Counted from the first letter of the whole stretch, positions 21,270-35,400 are shown. The stretch: DNA of 57,969 nt, filler included, from Sphacelaria rigidula (GCA_964200075.2; 4 parts of 4 records of this genome joined end to end with filler, not necessarily neighbours in it); one strand, 5' to 3'. The notes: generated by a model not told the origin, from the sequence alone. Numbers and translations: made by a program.

Positions 21270-23594
21270 TAGCGCGGTAATTTCATCAAACTGCATTTTG
21301 CTGTAGTACAAAGATATAGTAGCTCAAGGCGGCAGTCATGTACATACAAACAGGGGACAGGGAAGACAAGGGTATGTCCAATGGCCAGCAAACGCGATTC
21401 ATGATCACGTGAGTCGTTGCTCACGGTGTGTGTTGTTGATGAGCGCACGCGCGTTTGCCAAATCGCGACGTTGTGGTGGAGGTGGGGTTTGGAGGTGATC
21501 ATTCGATCCACCACGGTCTTCTTCTCATCCGCTTTTACGTTGTTGAACAGTGCGTCGCTTGTCGGGTTCGATTAGCTGATGGATCATCAATTTGTAATCA
21601 ATTTGTGAAAATAACGGCGAGACGAGCGAACAGTAAATGCAGGCCAACTAGTGCGGTCGTCTCTTATCAAGTTTTCCGGCCAGCTGGAATAAGCGGCTGA
21701 GTTTCCAAATCTCGATCTGATATATCCAGGTCATTCATGTTCCTAACTGATTTTGCTCGGTACCGGAAAGGTCGAAAACAATATTTTTCGCCTTTCCGGT
21801 CGAGGATGCGGCAAGAAAAACTGGCATACCGATCAGATGACAAGTCGAACCGTTGCGACATGCCACGGTTGGAAGCGTGTGCTCAGGCCGTGTCTGATGA
21901 AAAAAATTCGACTCGAACGAGTTCGCGCGGCGGAACTGATTCACTTCGCTTCGCTATGTTTGGTCCGAGCGAATTTGTACGCTTCGAATCGAGAAGACTG
22001 AGCGAAATTCAACAAGCGATACTTTTTTACTTGTATTCAGTAGACAGTACAGACTGTACAACAGGGGCGGCCTGTACTGTCTGTAGAGTGTGTGTGTTTC
22101 GCACAGCATGCAGGCGCGATGTGGAAAAGAAGCGGGCAACGCGACATACAGACAGCACAACTTTCTGACTGTCTGCGTAAAGGAGAATGCGAAGCAAATT
22201 TGAACCACGTGCAGTTTTGCACCGCCTCTACTATCCATGAGCGCGTTGGCAATTTGATCGCCCACCCCAACACTCAACTCAGTCGGTGGACCCTTCCACA
22301 AAATCATATGTCCAAGTTTTCGCCAGCAAAAAGAAACACATCATGCCAAAAGTGTGGTGGTGTTGGTTTCCTATCACTGCAGTGTATGTTTCCCTGTGCT
22401 CAGTTCGTGATGATGCCGCAGGGTTGAGTACTGTCTGTAGGTAGCTGCGAATAAATCATCTGGGTTTTGCGTCATTCTGCGAAAGGGTGGTATCTGGCGC
22501 GGTTGTCTTCAAGATAGGAGTTACGTGCCCCTCCGTTCATTCTGCCGCTCGTTTCGCTGAAAAAAGCTAAGCTTTTCTGTTTTTGACCCTGCCCGTTGCG
22601 CGCAACAAATTATAGAAGGAACTTGAAGCCATCTGAGAACATGATTGCCGTGGACGTATCTGATACGGCCTCGTAGCGACCAATTCGATTCGACCGCATG
22701 TTTTCGAGTCGAATATTTTTGATAAGACACGACTTGACTTCAGGCCGTGTCTGAAGGAGACAAACAAGCACTCACGACGAGGAACAAGTCCAAAAGCAGC
22801 ATGTTGAATAATCACCGCAACCATAGACCCGCCCGACGGTCTATAAAATTGTTGCTTCGAACGCTTGTTCCTCTTCGTGCTTGTTTTTTTCTTGTCTTGA
22901 TCAGACACGGCGTCAACAATCAACAAACACTGCTCCGGCACCGGCAGACTCTCCCACTCAAAGTCTGGTATCTTCAGAGGGAGCCACAGTCACTCGTAGT
23001 ACGAAGTTATCTATTTCCTTGGTGGTGGTGAGATATGGAGCAAGCAGCTGCCATCTGCATGGAAAATCATCACATTTATATTCTCAAGCCAGTTTCAATT
23101 GACGCATTTGTCCCAAAACAGACGAGGCCGTTTCACTCTGTGATTTGACACAAAAAAAACGCGGACAACTCATTGATTTGAGAACTGCGGCGCGGGCTAT
23201 GGGGTGCTGTATCCGCACAGCGTATCTCGTGATCACTATGTGAATAACTTTGCAGGCGGGGTGTGTGATTGCCGTTGGTAACATCCGCCGCCTTCCCTCA
23301 TTCCCTGCTTGCAAAATTCATCGGACTCGAGTAATGCAAAACAAGCAAAAATGCACTGAATCAATTCCGCTGCTCTTTTTCGCTGGCCGAAACGACATTG
23401 ATGAAACATGCTTGAAGGACACTTGCAGCTGACGTGCCTGCAGTCTCACACTGTCTGTGGACAAAGAGCAAGTCTCCCAACTCTCCAATCAGGAGTAGCC
23501 GACTCACATGTATGTTTTCCTTTGGCCTACTTTGGGTTTTACCGAAACCTCTTTCAAGACACTAAACTTTCGGACCCTCATGTATCCACCAACA

Positions 23595-23847
23595 CGGACA
23601 AAACATATGTATGGTACGTAGAATTAAACAGTCCTGGCTTCTGCTTCAGTTCCTCTATTTTACACCATTTACCGACACGGACAAGACAGATCTATTCCAT
23701 GGTACGTAGGTTCAAACAGTCCTGGCTTCTGCTTGAGTTCCTACAGTACACTTTACACCATTTACCAACGCGGACTAGACAGATCTACGGTACGTGGGTT
23801 CAAACAGTACTGGTTTCTGCTTCAGTTCCTCTATTCTACACCAGTTA
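23595..23847. repeat. About 85-bp tandem repeat, 3 copies
   Basis: GGTACGTRG..TYAAACAGTMCTGGYTTCTGCTTSAGTTCCT...TACACCA occurs three times, just downstream of the DUF179 stop. Confidence 0.8.
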
Positions 23848-23915
23848 GCAGTTGCAACTATCCATGTTCATGCGTCACTTGCTGCCCACAATGCTTGGAC
23901 GACTGCTGAGGCTCT

Positions 23916-26900
23916 TCATTGCTCCGCTTCTTTCTTCATGACCCTCTCGACACGTCCCCTGAGAGTGACGGGCGAAGCATCGCAAACCGGAAAAAGAAAC
24001 GTCGCTATTCAAACCATAATACTTTCGTCGGAGCGGCACTTCCAGCACAGATGCACAACGCCAACAGGCCGAGGGGAGAGAGGGGGGTGGTTTCAAAGTT
24101 CGCAACTGCTGATGGGGACACTCATGGAAGCGCCCATCAGCTGAATTGAGTGCACAACCGCACCGGTTCACACACGTGGGGTGGACATTGGTCGAAGAGC
24201 ATCTTGCTAATTTTGGGGTCTACATGTAACCTAGCCGAGGCCATCCACTCAACAAACATCCCCTGAAGCTAAAACATGTTGCATCTTGGTTGTGGCGATA
24301 CAAGAACACGGCCCCGGGCATGAGTATCTGTGCACGTAGCTGAGCCCAGCTCTGGAAGTAGAAACATCAAATATGCTGCTTTGGACACCGTATATGTGCC
24401 TACTGTACTACTGTTAAAGGCGAACTCACCACAGCTCCATGTCTGCCGTGCGTCTGACGTCGAGCACAACATCGTGCGGCAACTTCATCACTTTCCACAT
24501 GCCTTTACTAACCTGTGGGGATTATAGCCGTCCGGACGGGTATAAACGATCGTTGAATGAATAGCGAACAAAGATGAGGAAGAAGAAAACCGTGACTTTC
24601 GCTGTCCCGTTTTTCCCAGTTGGTTTTAACCTCGCCACTTTTTACACACCTTGGTCACCGAAAGTAGCCGCAAATTCTAAACCGAAGGTAGCGGATGATC
24701 GTGGGATGCGGAGTCAGACGGCGAACATTCATCCAGAGACGGTTCGCATGCCATCTGTTGATAGGGGCCCATTACTAGCCTCAACGAACGCCTTGCGTGA
24801 ATGGCTTTTACTTGGAATACTTGGAGTGCGGACAGGGATGCACGCTAACATTCAAGGACAATCTTCACCTCAGAACAGCAGAATAGATTTTTTTGAATTA
24901 GGGTGAATGAACTTGCAGTATAAACACATGAAAGGGCAGAGCGTACAATATTTCAAGGTTGTGTTCTGTAAGGTACGGTTTTCTGTATACCCGGGGTATT
25001 TTTCCGGGTATGTGCAGTACCCGACAGTTCTATGACTTCTGTAAGACTTTCATACCGGTACCCGACAGTTCTGTAATCTATGTAAGACTTTCATACCCTT
25101 ACCCGATAGTCCTGTAAGTTCTGTAAAATACATTTACCCAAACCCGAAGGGCGGGTATACCCGAAAAGAGTTACCCGATTGCCGATACCGGTTTTCTGTA
25201 AGCCCCCCATATCGTTCCCGACGAGTTCTGTAAAGTCTGTAACACTTTCACACCGGTACCCGACAGTTCTGTAAGTTCTGTACATCACATTTACCCGAAC
25301 CCGAGGGGCGGGTATACCCGAAAAGAGTTACCCGGCTGCCGGTACCGGTTCTCTGTAAGCCTCCCGTACTGTACCCGACAAGTTCTGTAAAGTCCGTAAG
25401 ACTTTCATACCGGTACCCGACAGTTCGGTAAACTCTGTACGGAATCTCATACCCTACAGAACGTACCCGTGCCTTACAGAACACAACCTTGCAATATGTC
25501 GACGTCACACAAATAATGACACTCTTCCAAGGGCAGAAAGGAGATCAGGAGATAAACAACGGTTCAGCGCCTCACCAAGAGCGGTTAACCCTCGTCCAAA
25601 AGTACAAGGTAGATCCAGAAATGATCCAGAATGAACAAGCGAATAGAAAAACCTTGCCTGATCCTCAATGGCACCTTCTGGCCACGTCATGTAATTGAAG
25701 AAAAACTTGAACTCGTCCGCCTGGGCTTGGCCTGCGCCGACAAGGCCCAGCGCCGATTGGAATCCGCCTACAAATAATCCCGAGTCGCCAAGTGCTCTCG
25801 CTTGGGGTAACCGACGCGCGTGGATCATGATGGCGGCCGAGCCTCCGTCCTGAGTCAACAAACAATGCACTCGACGAGGTGAAATGAATAGCCATTTTCA
25901 TCTCTCGACAGCTTGAAGCTTTTTGTTGTTCGAACCCTCACTACGGAATAATGGAAAATCATTCGTGACTTTCACCCACGCCACGCCTTGCTGCTTTTCA
26001 TTTCTTCGCCTCTTCGGACCACTTTCCAGGTAAAGATCATGTCATTCGTGCGTGATATGTGGAAAAATACTTCGCTACTCTGCGGTGGAAGATCTACCCT
26101 TTTCATGCAAAAATGCACACCGCTTGGTCATCTGCCGCATTGGTGCCCTACATTTGAGAAGTTGACGGACGCGGCGTCTACAGTCTTCATGTACATGTTA
26201 CTTTTTTCTGTTTACATAACAGCCTGGTTCTTGTTCTTGTGCACTACCACGCGACGTCGCTATCGCAACATTGAAAGCTTAAAATCGAGTGGGCAACAGT
26301 GTACTCGTGTTCAGCAGACGATCCTTCGCTCTACTAAAGAATATTATGGTTCAAACATAGTGCTCACATGTACATTTCAAATTCTCGCACAAGCACTACC
26401 ACGATTCGACCGACCCCCTTCCCCACGAGACCCTGATTCGAACACTGGTTCGTGTCACTAGTATCGGACATACCCCTTATTCTGTGCTTTTTCAGTCTTA
26501 ACTTCATACATTTCCTGATCTGGTGGATAAACCTGCTCTCCCGTTTTTCGGGAAAATTAGAAAACTGTCCGAGAATGTCGGAGATATCGTCTGAGAAAAA
26601 AGTCCCGTAAAACGACCCTAATCCGCGACACAGGTTTGGGTAACTCTGGATGGAAATATCGAAAACTATACGGCTGAAATTACAGATGAAGCATAGCTCT
26701 TCAAGCCTTGTGTAACGCACGCGCAGAGTCCCCAAAGCTCGCACAAGTTAGTACCCGTAGTGGACGCACCTCACCACCTCTGAACAGGCGATTGTTGGCC
26801 AGGGGTCCGAGATCTACACTGCTCATTTCTCCGATTGTGAACTCTAGCCCTTTGTCGACGATGACCCCTTTCGTCTGCAGCCCCTCGCCATGCTCGTACA

Positions 26901-27469
26901 CCAGTACAACGGACTGTAGCGATTCACGGAACAAAACAAAATAGTGGGCTATGAGTGAAATGGATCTATCACAATGCAGTGTAGTCTGGGTAGCTTTCAT
27001 CGTTTACGAGTGAAATCGGCAAGCGCTGTACTTTTGCCTACTCAAGCACCCCGTGAGTCTGCTCGTCTGCAGCGATCTGTATCTGCAGTACAAGCGATAC
27101 GACTGCTGAAAGGTGACATACACGATGATGATACAAGCTGCAATTGTTGTAGAAGCCCACCTGATGCGTAGAGTGCGCATAGTTCTCTGGGCTTGCCCAC
27201 AGCACGGAGCCACACTCGAGCGCTGCGGGAGCAATGTCGAGCGCTGCTCTCAACGCGCCCACTCCTGTAAGAGGCCGGCTCCTAATAGGCCCTATTGCCG
27301 CCGACTCTCTGCGGTAATACCGTGGCAACCTGTTTGTGTTTGGATATGTAGGTTCGAGAACAAATGCCGATGCTGAATGCGGGAGACAGCACCACTGCAA
27401 AAGAAGAAGTTTAACATAGGGGGCTACTAATAGCAACAACACGGGGATTTTGCGATGCAGCACGGACAT
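23916..27469 (-). CDS. DUF179/UPF0301 (AlgH/YqgE-like) protein with bipartite plastid-targeting presequence
   Basis: Exons 27469-27161, 26913-26770, 25849-25658, 24512-24430 and 23958-23916 (TGA) give 256 aa. Hydrophobic signal peptide then SASA-FV. Motifs GSVLWASP, SVVLVYEHGEG..KGVIVDK, LFRGGE, FVGG, FKFFFNYMTWPEGAIEDQVSKGMW, LWGRV. Confidence 0.82.
24954..25491. mobile_element. hAT-like non-autonomous element with internal tandem subrepeats
   Basis: TIR CAAGGTTGTGTTCTGTAAGGYACGG; 8-bp flanks CAATATTT / CAATATGT; repeated TACCCGACAGTTCTGTAA units inside. Confidence 0.75.
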
Positions 27470-28936
27470 GCCTGCCTAGTGGCCGGGGGGGGGGTCTCGG
27501 TCACGTCGTAGCAATGCGGTAAAATGGCAGGACCAATCGGGACTCATTAGACCGCACACATGGCTGTCCGGGTTTTTCATACCCGTAGTCAGAGAAGAAG
27601 TATCAAGTGACATCACGTAATACACAAGCACACATACTTACTCTCCTTCTTTGCTCTATTTCAGAGATAAAATGATATAAAATACCTGTATGAAATTCTA
27701 CCTTCTAGCTATTCTGAAGCGTGCTACTTGACAATCAAATGGGAATAGCTGGGTTGTGATAGATCATGACCAAACATGAGTGCAATGGGTTGAGCGCGAA
27801 TTTGTCCGCCATGCTCAGCAGGTAGCTTCGGGGCACAGGGTGTACTTTGCTTCACGGTACCGTGGAGATGTGGCTGTTGGAGATACTCGACACCGCTGGG
27901 GGTAAGCGCAAGACTTCTACTTTCCATAGTGTCAAATCAAGCTCCTGCTCGTGTTTATGGTCAACAATCGCAATGGCCACATATTCATCATGTGTCATGA
28001 AATGTTCCTTGTTTTCAAAATCTCAAATGTTTTGATCTCAAATTGGTTTTGAAAGACCTCCGAATGATATCCCGAAGTCTCAAAAGTTGCGGCGGCAATG
28101 CCACCGGAAGTTGCGTACGTGGTAGGTCTCCTTGACATCCATTGTGTATACTGGTGCATGTCTTTCGGGAGTGAATATTCTCTTGCTTTTCTTGAAAAAC
28201 AAATCAGGTTGCCCATGCGAGCGAGCTGAGGGGGGTGTTTTGCTCCATCATTAACAGTAGAAAGTGAGCTGCAGAACCGTCCCGCGAGTAAGAAACATTG
28301 TTCTCAGCTACACTGATAGGGTGATAGATCTCTCAGTTACTGCACCACACTCATTTTTTGTGTAAACCTAGACTTGACAGGGAGGGGAGGGGGTTGTCTG
28401 AATCGAAGTAGTTAGACTGCCAGACATGGTTGGACTTGCGAAACTAAAGGTGGTCCAGGCCCCTCTTATGAAGTGGGAAAAATGCAGGTATCAAGGGATC
28501 ATGTTCGAAAATGAGGTTGAACATTAACCCTTGGACAGCGAGCGTCGCCTCAGAACAGTTTCGCAGACTGACAGCCCGGAGACATTTGGGGGTTTCCAGT
28601 GACCGGGGGGGAGGTGGTTTTTTCAGTGGGGGGGTCTGTCCGGAGAGCAGCCGAAACGCTCACCAACTCAACCATGTGTGTCTGGAAGTTTCCCGCGGAA
28701 GGTTCTAAGCCAGGAACGAGGCCCGAAAGGCGCGGAATGACCATTAGGGTGTTTGCGGAGATGAAATTCGGGTCTGGTCTTGAAGTCCAGAGCAAAACCG
28801 GAATGTCACCCGATTCTGGCTCAACAACTAGCTTTTAAAGACCCCACCGACTGTGGTGATGTGAGGAGTGATGCTGCGATAGGGTCTGCACTTTTGGGGC
28901 CAAAACCGGCCTGGGAGCCACGAGAGTAATGTTCCA

Positions 28937-29036
28937 NNNNNNNNNNNNNNNNNNNNNNNNNNNNNNNNNNNNNNNNNNNNTTAATTAATTAANNNNNNNN
29001 NNNNNNNNNNNNNNNNNNNNNNNNNNNNNNNNNNNN
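28937..29036. other. Artificial contig spacer
   Basis: Identical 100-nt spacer. Confidence 0.97.
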
Positions 29037-29065
29037 TCGCACATGGCGTGCATATACAAGCCATT

Positions 29066-29150
29066 CACGCCTTGAGTCACGAAGAAGGGTTGACTGCGTG
29101 AATTACATCACGCCTTGAGTCATGAAGAAGGGTTGACGGCGTGAATTACA
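29066..29150. repeat. About 43-bp tandem duplication
   Basis: CACGCCTTGAGTCAYGAAGAAGGGTTGAC..CGTGAATTACA occurs twice. Confidence 0.8.
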
Positions 29151-31076
29151 ACTGATGTACGAACCGCATGATTTATTCGTTGAGATGATGACTTTGAGTT
29201 GACTCACGAGTTGATTTGTCCTAACGGTGCAATAAACAGATCATCCTCAAAACACGATGACCAAGTCAGTGCTAGTTGGTGTTTTCGGGCGAAACGAATA
29301 AATACCCCGTTCATCACGAGGGTGTCATTGACAATGAAACACAGTTTTTCGGCTCTAGTGCAATGAGTAGGCAGAATTTCAAAAAAATAAAACTGTACAT
29401 TTCTTCCCAAATATGAGTCCCGCCCGCCCGCCCGCCCGCCCGCGCGCAGTGATACTTTTGATGGTACACTTGTTGTACGAAACATCGGCCGCTGCTTTTG
29501 CCGTTGTCTACAGCAAATGATCGCGCTGTGTGGCGTCTCATCTGTGCCGTTGCGCTGGATATACCGTACACTGTGCTGACGCCGATTGAGAATGCATACA
29601 GCTATGTGCTAAACCTATGGGACTGGTTGAGGTGCGAATCGCTTACAAAGCTGTAGGCCGCTTCTTAAGGACTGAACAAAGTCTGAGACAAGTCGTTTTG
29701 GTCAGTCAGTAGAGGCTTTTTTCAGGACGCGACCTTGCACGGCCATTTTCCATGAAAAAGGTCTCAAGAAACTGGCCACAACTTGCAGACAGCGGGATTT
29801 CGCCACATCTCTGCGCGAAAAGCCAAAGCCATCGATTCGCATAGATTTCCTGTCTGGGAATCGTCATTTCATCACACATTCCTCGCACACCGCACCCGCA
29901 ATGGTACAGTCGGTGCTCCATCACACACTCCTAGCACACAAGCGTAGTACAGCTAGTGCAAAGTAGTTGTCCATGTTGTATGTACAGTACCGTGGCAACA
30001 GCATAGCTGCTGCAGCACTCCGTGCATCCTTTTTATGACCGTAGGACCAGGGACAGACAGTACAGTGCTCTTTGGCCGGCAGCGTTACTACCGTAGAATA
30101 GCACGATGTCGCCCCTGCTGGCTGCGTTGACTGCTCGGATCGTTTCTTGCTCGTCGTGCCCGCCACCGATTGCGGGCTCTGTAGTACTCTGCGTACTCAG
30201 ACGGTTGCTACCGCACTACTAACTGCCACGTGAATTTGTTTGTGTGCGGTATGGCACCAACCGTCTGCTGCACACATTGCACCGCGTGCGACACGAGTAC
30301 TGTACCAAGCAGCGATCGGCTGAAGTAAGGGTTGATACGCCCATCATTTCGACCCCAATTATACCAGTAGCTACTGTGCGTGTGTGTGTATGTGTGTGTG
30401 TCTGTTGCCATTCCATCCATTCTGTACCTCGACGGGATTGCTCACGTGTTGGTTTACCGCAGGTGGCACAAGCATAAAATGCAAATGATGACCACTACCA
30501 GCGTCTGCACGCAAGCTAGATGATGGCCTCGGGTGTACAAACCCCCAGGAGTTTTTCATAGACCGTAAGGTGGGGTTTTCAAAACTGATTTCTCTGGGAA
30601 AAATCTCTGAGAAAAGTCGTCTCAGAGACTTTTTTCAGTCTAACAGAGGCGGCCAAAGGAGAAAAAACAAACTTGTCCCGGCTTTTCATAATGGAAAGAT
30701 CAAACTAGCCAGTCAGAAGCAGAGGATTCGTCTAATCGTTCACAATAGAATCGCAGAAGCTACGAGTACGCAGAGTGCCTCTTGTACTTCAGTACTTTGG
30801 CTCCGTCGGCTCTTTTGAGCCAAAATAGGTTCTTTACTCGACAGAGCACACTGCGGAATCATTTATTGAATCGGCGTCATCCCTATACTTGTTTCAAGTG
30901 AAAATTATGCCGACTCTAGATGTGGACATCCAAGCGGTACAAGGCCTCAAGTGGTGTGGCGTGCGGGGTTTGTAAGAACAAGAGATGGTGCCAACTTTTG
31001 GTGCAGAGACGCAGGAGACATCGATACACGGCGTGCCGTGATCGAGGTGTGCCCTGCCTGTGCAACCGCGTGTCTC

Positions 31077-31326
31077 TATCGTTTGCACAATTGCTGCGCC
31101 AAAAACAAAACGTGCTTCCCGTACGTACATTTGTAATGTCCGCAAGTTCACACAATCCGTTAATCGGAGAGCCCAGGGGGTTCTGGCATATGGATGCTCG
31201 CAGTATCGTTTGCACAATTGCTGCGTCAAAAACAAAACGTGCTTCCCGTACGTACATTTGTAATGTCCGCAAGTTCACACAATAAGTTAATCGGAGAGCC
31301 CAGGGAGTTCTGGCATATGGATGCTC
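31077..31326. repeat. 127-bp near-perfect tandem duplication
   Basis: TATCGTTTGCACAATTGCTGCG...CTGGCATATGGATGCTC at 31077 and 31204. Confidence 0.88.
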
Positions 31327-31619
31327 TCAATAAAACAGAAGTAGTTCGGCAGGTTCAATTTTCTCGATCTGTCTCCCTGTGTGTACATGTTGTCCACGAC
31401 GAGGCTGCAGCTCTTCTTGCTACCCCGAGATGCAGAGGACGAGCGTGCACGGGATGCTGTAAATACAAGTGCACCTCCCCTGTGCAATCACGTGTTGCTA
31501 TTGTTTGAACAATCACTGCGCGAAACAAATGTGCTCTCCGTGAAACCTTGCGGCCAACTGAAATATACTCAATTCAGTAAATTTCACTTGGTAGAATGAC
31601 TTTCTGAAGAACCATTTTA

Positions 31620-32481
31620 CAGTGGGGGGCTCTGAGTAGTGCCGGTATGTGCCCATCACGGACACCGGCACTACTCTCAAAAGTGCCAAAACAGGTACAC
31701 TTGAGGGCTCTGAATACCTCAGTAGTGCCGGTACTGGCACTACTGACGACCGTCCGTTCGTACAGTGCTACGCTTGCCCTTCGTGGGACCAACGGATGCA
31801 CAAAACGGACGAGGACTCTTGTTTGAAGGGGATTCGATAGGATAAGTCACGTAAGGTTTCGGGGTAGCAGATCTAAACCCGATATTTTTTGTTCTTCACA
31901 TTCGACGTGATTGATCCTCTTCACAGGTTGATCATTTCCTTCCCTAATAGCACAACAGCAGCAGTACGGCCACAGAAGTTGTTCATGCCGAAAGACCCTC
32001 CCGACAAGAAAAACAAGGACACATCTGCACCCAACGCAACTATGAAGGTGCGGCATCTGGTGTGGAAAAAAACTCACGAAAGAGTATACCGCCCACCAAA
32101 AGGAGTGAGCGAGAAAGAATGAACCACACCTCTTTTCAATTCCTATCGGCTACCGTGGCCATGACGGCCTTCTGGCGTCGTGGCGTGCACCAGGCACAGT
32201 TCACCTTACGCACAAGGCATGGTGTGTTTCTACGTTGCAAGGTCTGCACCAGCACGTACCCTGCTGTACCCCTACTGGTGCTTGGTTGGTGGGGGGTAAG
32301 GCGTGCGTGAGTGTGTCCGGAACCGGCACTGTTGAGGGTACAAACCCGTTCAAACTGGCACTACTGAGGGTCATTTGCTAGGAATGCCGGGACTGCGCGC
32401 TCTGGCTGTGCCTGGAGATTTTGCCGACATTATATAGGTCGTGAGCACTATTCAACCGGCATTTCTGAGAGCCCCCCACTG
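31620..32481. mobile_element. Tc1/pogo-like non-autonomous element
   Basis: About 27-bp imperfect TIR starting CAGTGGGGGGCTCT, flanked by TA on both sides. Confidence 0.75.
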
Positions 32482-35400
32482 TACTCGATTCGGGTGTCAA
32501 AAGTGAAATTCGGACCTTCGGAGGGGCTTGCAGTCCCGAGCACTCTCAGCGGTCGTTGAAATGCGTATTCATCTAAATCTGCGCCGACATAACGTGGTTG
32601 AAGAGTACCAACGCCACACTTTGCCTACGGGATGCTTTGCAGCCCTTTTGTCCGAGAGTTTCTCTGTGCCTTGGTTGGAGTAGGTTTAGGGTTACCCCAA
32701 AAACATTCTTCAACAGAGTCATTTCACTAAGTGATCATATGATCCCCCTCAAGTTTAGGCAGCCGGTGAATCGGAGAGTCGTGGGATCATGTCTGTCATC
32801 TGCTGAATCGACATCATCTTTACTTGGATAACGGACATGAGATCTAGCGTATCCACCCCGGCGGTGAAAGGGTACAGGCACTTACTTGGACATGAGAGGT
32901 GCTAGCCCATGCCATCAGGGGTGTGAAGGCGTACGTAGCTCGCACACTTGATGGAGCTCAGCACTGTTTTGTGCCCGAGTATCGTACAACGTAGTACGGT
33001 TCATGACATTGTTGTTTTATCTCTCCCCTTCCACCCGTGTTCCTTTCCTTCGTTCACGAGTATCGGCAACAGTAGAATTATACCAAGCGTCTGAAGAGAG
33101 GGTGACACGATCCTACCCGGCAATAAAACAAAGGAAGGATTCGACCAGCAGCGTGCGGGACCTGGGTCTTGCAATCACGTTTCAAGTGAAATGTATGACC
33201 ACGCAACATCTGACGCGCCCGAGGGGTGTTACTTGCTATGATATCCCAATCAAGTTAAATTTTGTAGCGGACGAGTGCTGTACAGACGGCGCGTCCCAAC
33301 AAAGCGGTACGGACGGACTCAACGTCACTTACGCACGAGCAAGACAAGTCACGATGGTGTCGTCTGTTCGTGTACACAGCCAGGCCCTCCAGCATGGATG
33401 CCCTGCGCCGCCGGAAATACAAGCGGAAGCGTTTCCTTCATGAGAAGTTCTTGGGGTGCATGAGATATCGACACACGCACGTAGCCGGACAGGTTACTCG
33501 GGCTCGAAGGTATCCTCCGATGTTTCCCTAGCCCCCTGTCGTCTGTGCTTTTTCTCGTTTGGTTTCATTGAGGCCGGAAGGGTTGGGCACGAGCCTCCTG
33601 CGACGTGTCGACTTGTCTTCCAAATGCTCCTAGGCGACGTTTGCGATTCGCGCGAAGTTTTTTTGCGTCATGTGCTTCATAGCCCAGTGCAGGGGCCTAT
33701 GACCTCCTCGTCACGGCACGGCACGCGCTCACAGCATTTACCGAAAAATAACTCAAGTTCGAGGTTTTCAGGGCACGCTTCGAAATGGATTGCAAAACAA
33801 AGTTATGGCCCCCTCTCTGTACGTGGTGAGGAGACGTCTACAGCCTCAGAATAGGGAGGGTATAGCATCAACTCCCGCACGTCTCATCAAAACGACGCAG
33901 TCTAAAATCGAGTGGACACTTGGCAGGAGAACGCAAGATCAGATGAGCTGTCCATATTCGGAGAAATGTTGTCGAACAGCCCGGACACTCTTCGAAGGCT
34001 AACACTCCCCGATTCGCACCCCTAACTATCTGTGTAGTCATGAAGAGGCACTAGCTGCATTGTAATGTTGCTGCATCGTAAACTCTGTGCTGTATACACC
34101 CTACCGTGTGTGGCTGTACTCTGTTTCATATCATATATTGTCTATGCAGCTTCTTGCATCACGCTCAGTGAGGGCGCTCTCGATGATCTCCCGTCACGAC
34201 GAACCATGAAATCTCCGAGAACAAGTCGGTTTTCTCCTCGAGGTTGGGCGTGGACAGCATTTCTTGGGAGAAGGCTCCTCATCTCGGAGAAGTCATTCCT
34301 TCTAAAAAAAAACCACGAGAAACAGAAAAAAACACCTGGAAAAATCGCCGAAAGATTTTCCAACAGTTTTATTTTGATAATCGGAAAAGGCGGCGTTTAC
34401 CTGTGTTGTTTTTTGTCGCATCCGACCGGCGGGTCTCAGCAAAGAATATGCCATTTCTGCATGAAAACAAAACCAAGCGCAGGAAAACAAAATCTTCCCA
34501 CGTGCAAGAGGATGCACACGCGGCCATTTGGCTATCCTCGAAGATCCTCTCGGGGATTTTGCGAACGTCACCCTCCGTTCCGTACGTTTGAAAATCCTAA
34601 CTAGAGGATATTGGGTGTTCGCACTCCTTTGGAGGATTTCCAATGTTGGAGTATCCCTCGAGGGTCTGTGTCAATATTGGGTGTGTGGCAATATCGAAAT
34701 CCTCTGAATTTTGCTGAAGGCTCTCGTGCCATAGAAATCCGGGATTTGAACGGAAGAGGCTGTTCAAATATCCCATATACCAGCATATGGGATTTGAACC
34801 TGCAGCGGAGGGTGCTCGAAAGTCCTAATTTTGTCCGCCAATTTACCCCAAAATTGGGCAAACAGAAGGACTTCCGAACAGCCTCTGCTGTTCGAATTTC
34901 ATACATTTACTGCTGTTGTTAGTCTTCGTCACTTGGACATCAGTGGCTGTTCAAAAACCCTCGCATCTTGCCCCTCCACTTCATATCAATTGGGCAGAAC
35001 CCGAGATTTTCTGAACAGCCTCTGCTGTATAAATCCCGTACACTGACTGCCAGTATATGTACATACGGCCGTGATCTCACAGTAGTTGATAATTGATGAC
35101 AGTTGTACCGTCTCCATTACAATACCTTGTTCTCGAAAAATCCGTGGTCACTAGTCGACGAGAAACACATCTCAGCAATATATATTCATGTATGAGTTGA
35201 TCAAACAAGGCAAAAATGTTCGCCGCGGTGTTCTGCTGTACTTTGATATAGATATGTAAATCACTACACGCACGGTATGGTGCTGTACTGGACCGTACCA
35301 TACCGTGCGGGACAGCGCCGTACTGTGCACGGAAGCGCGGTGCCCTACCGCAGAGTACGTGATATATGCGCTACATATGGCTATACAATTTGGATGCCTG

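Noticed and set aside
23595..25491. Repeat arrays superficially like CRISPR
   Set aside because: Eukaryotic context, no unique equal-length spacers, no cas genes; these are a minisatellite and MITE subrepeats.
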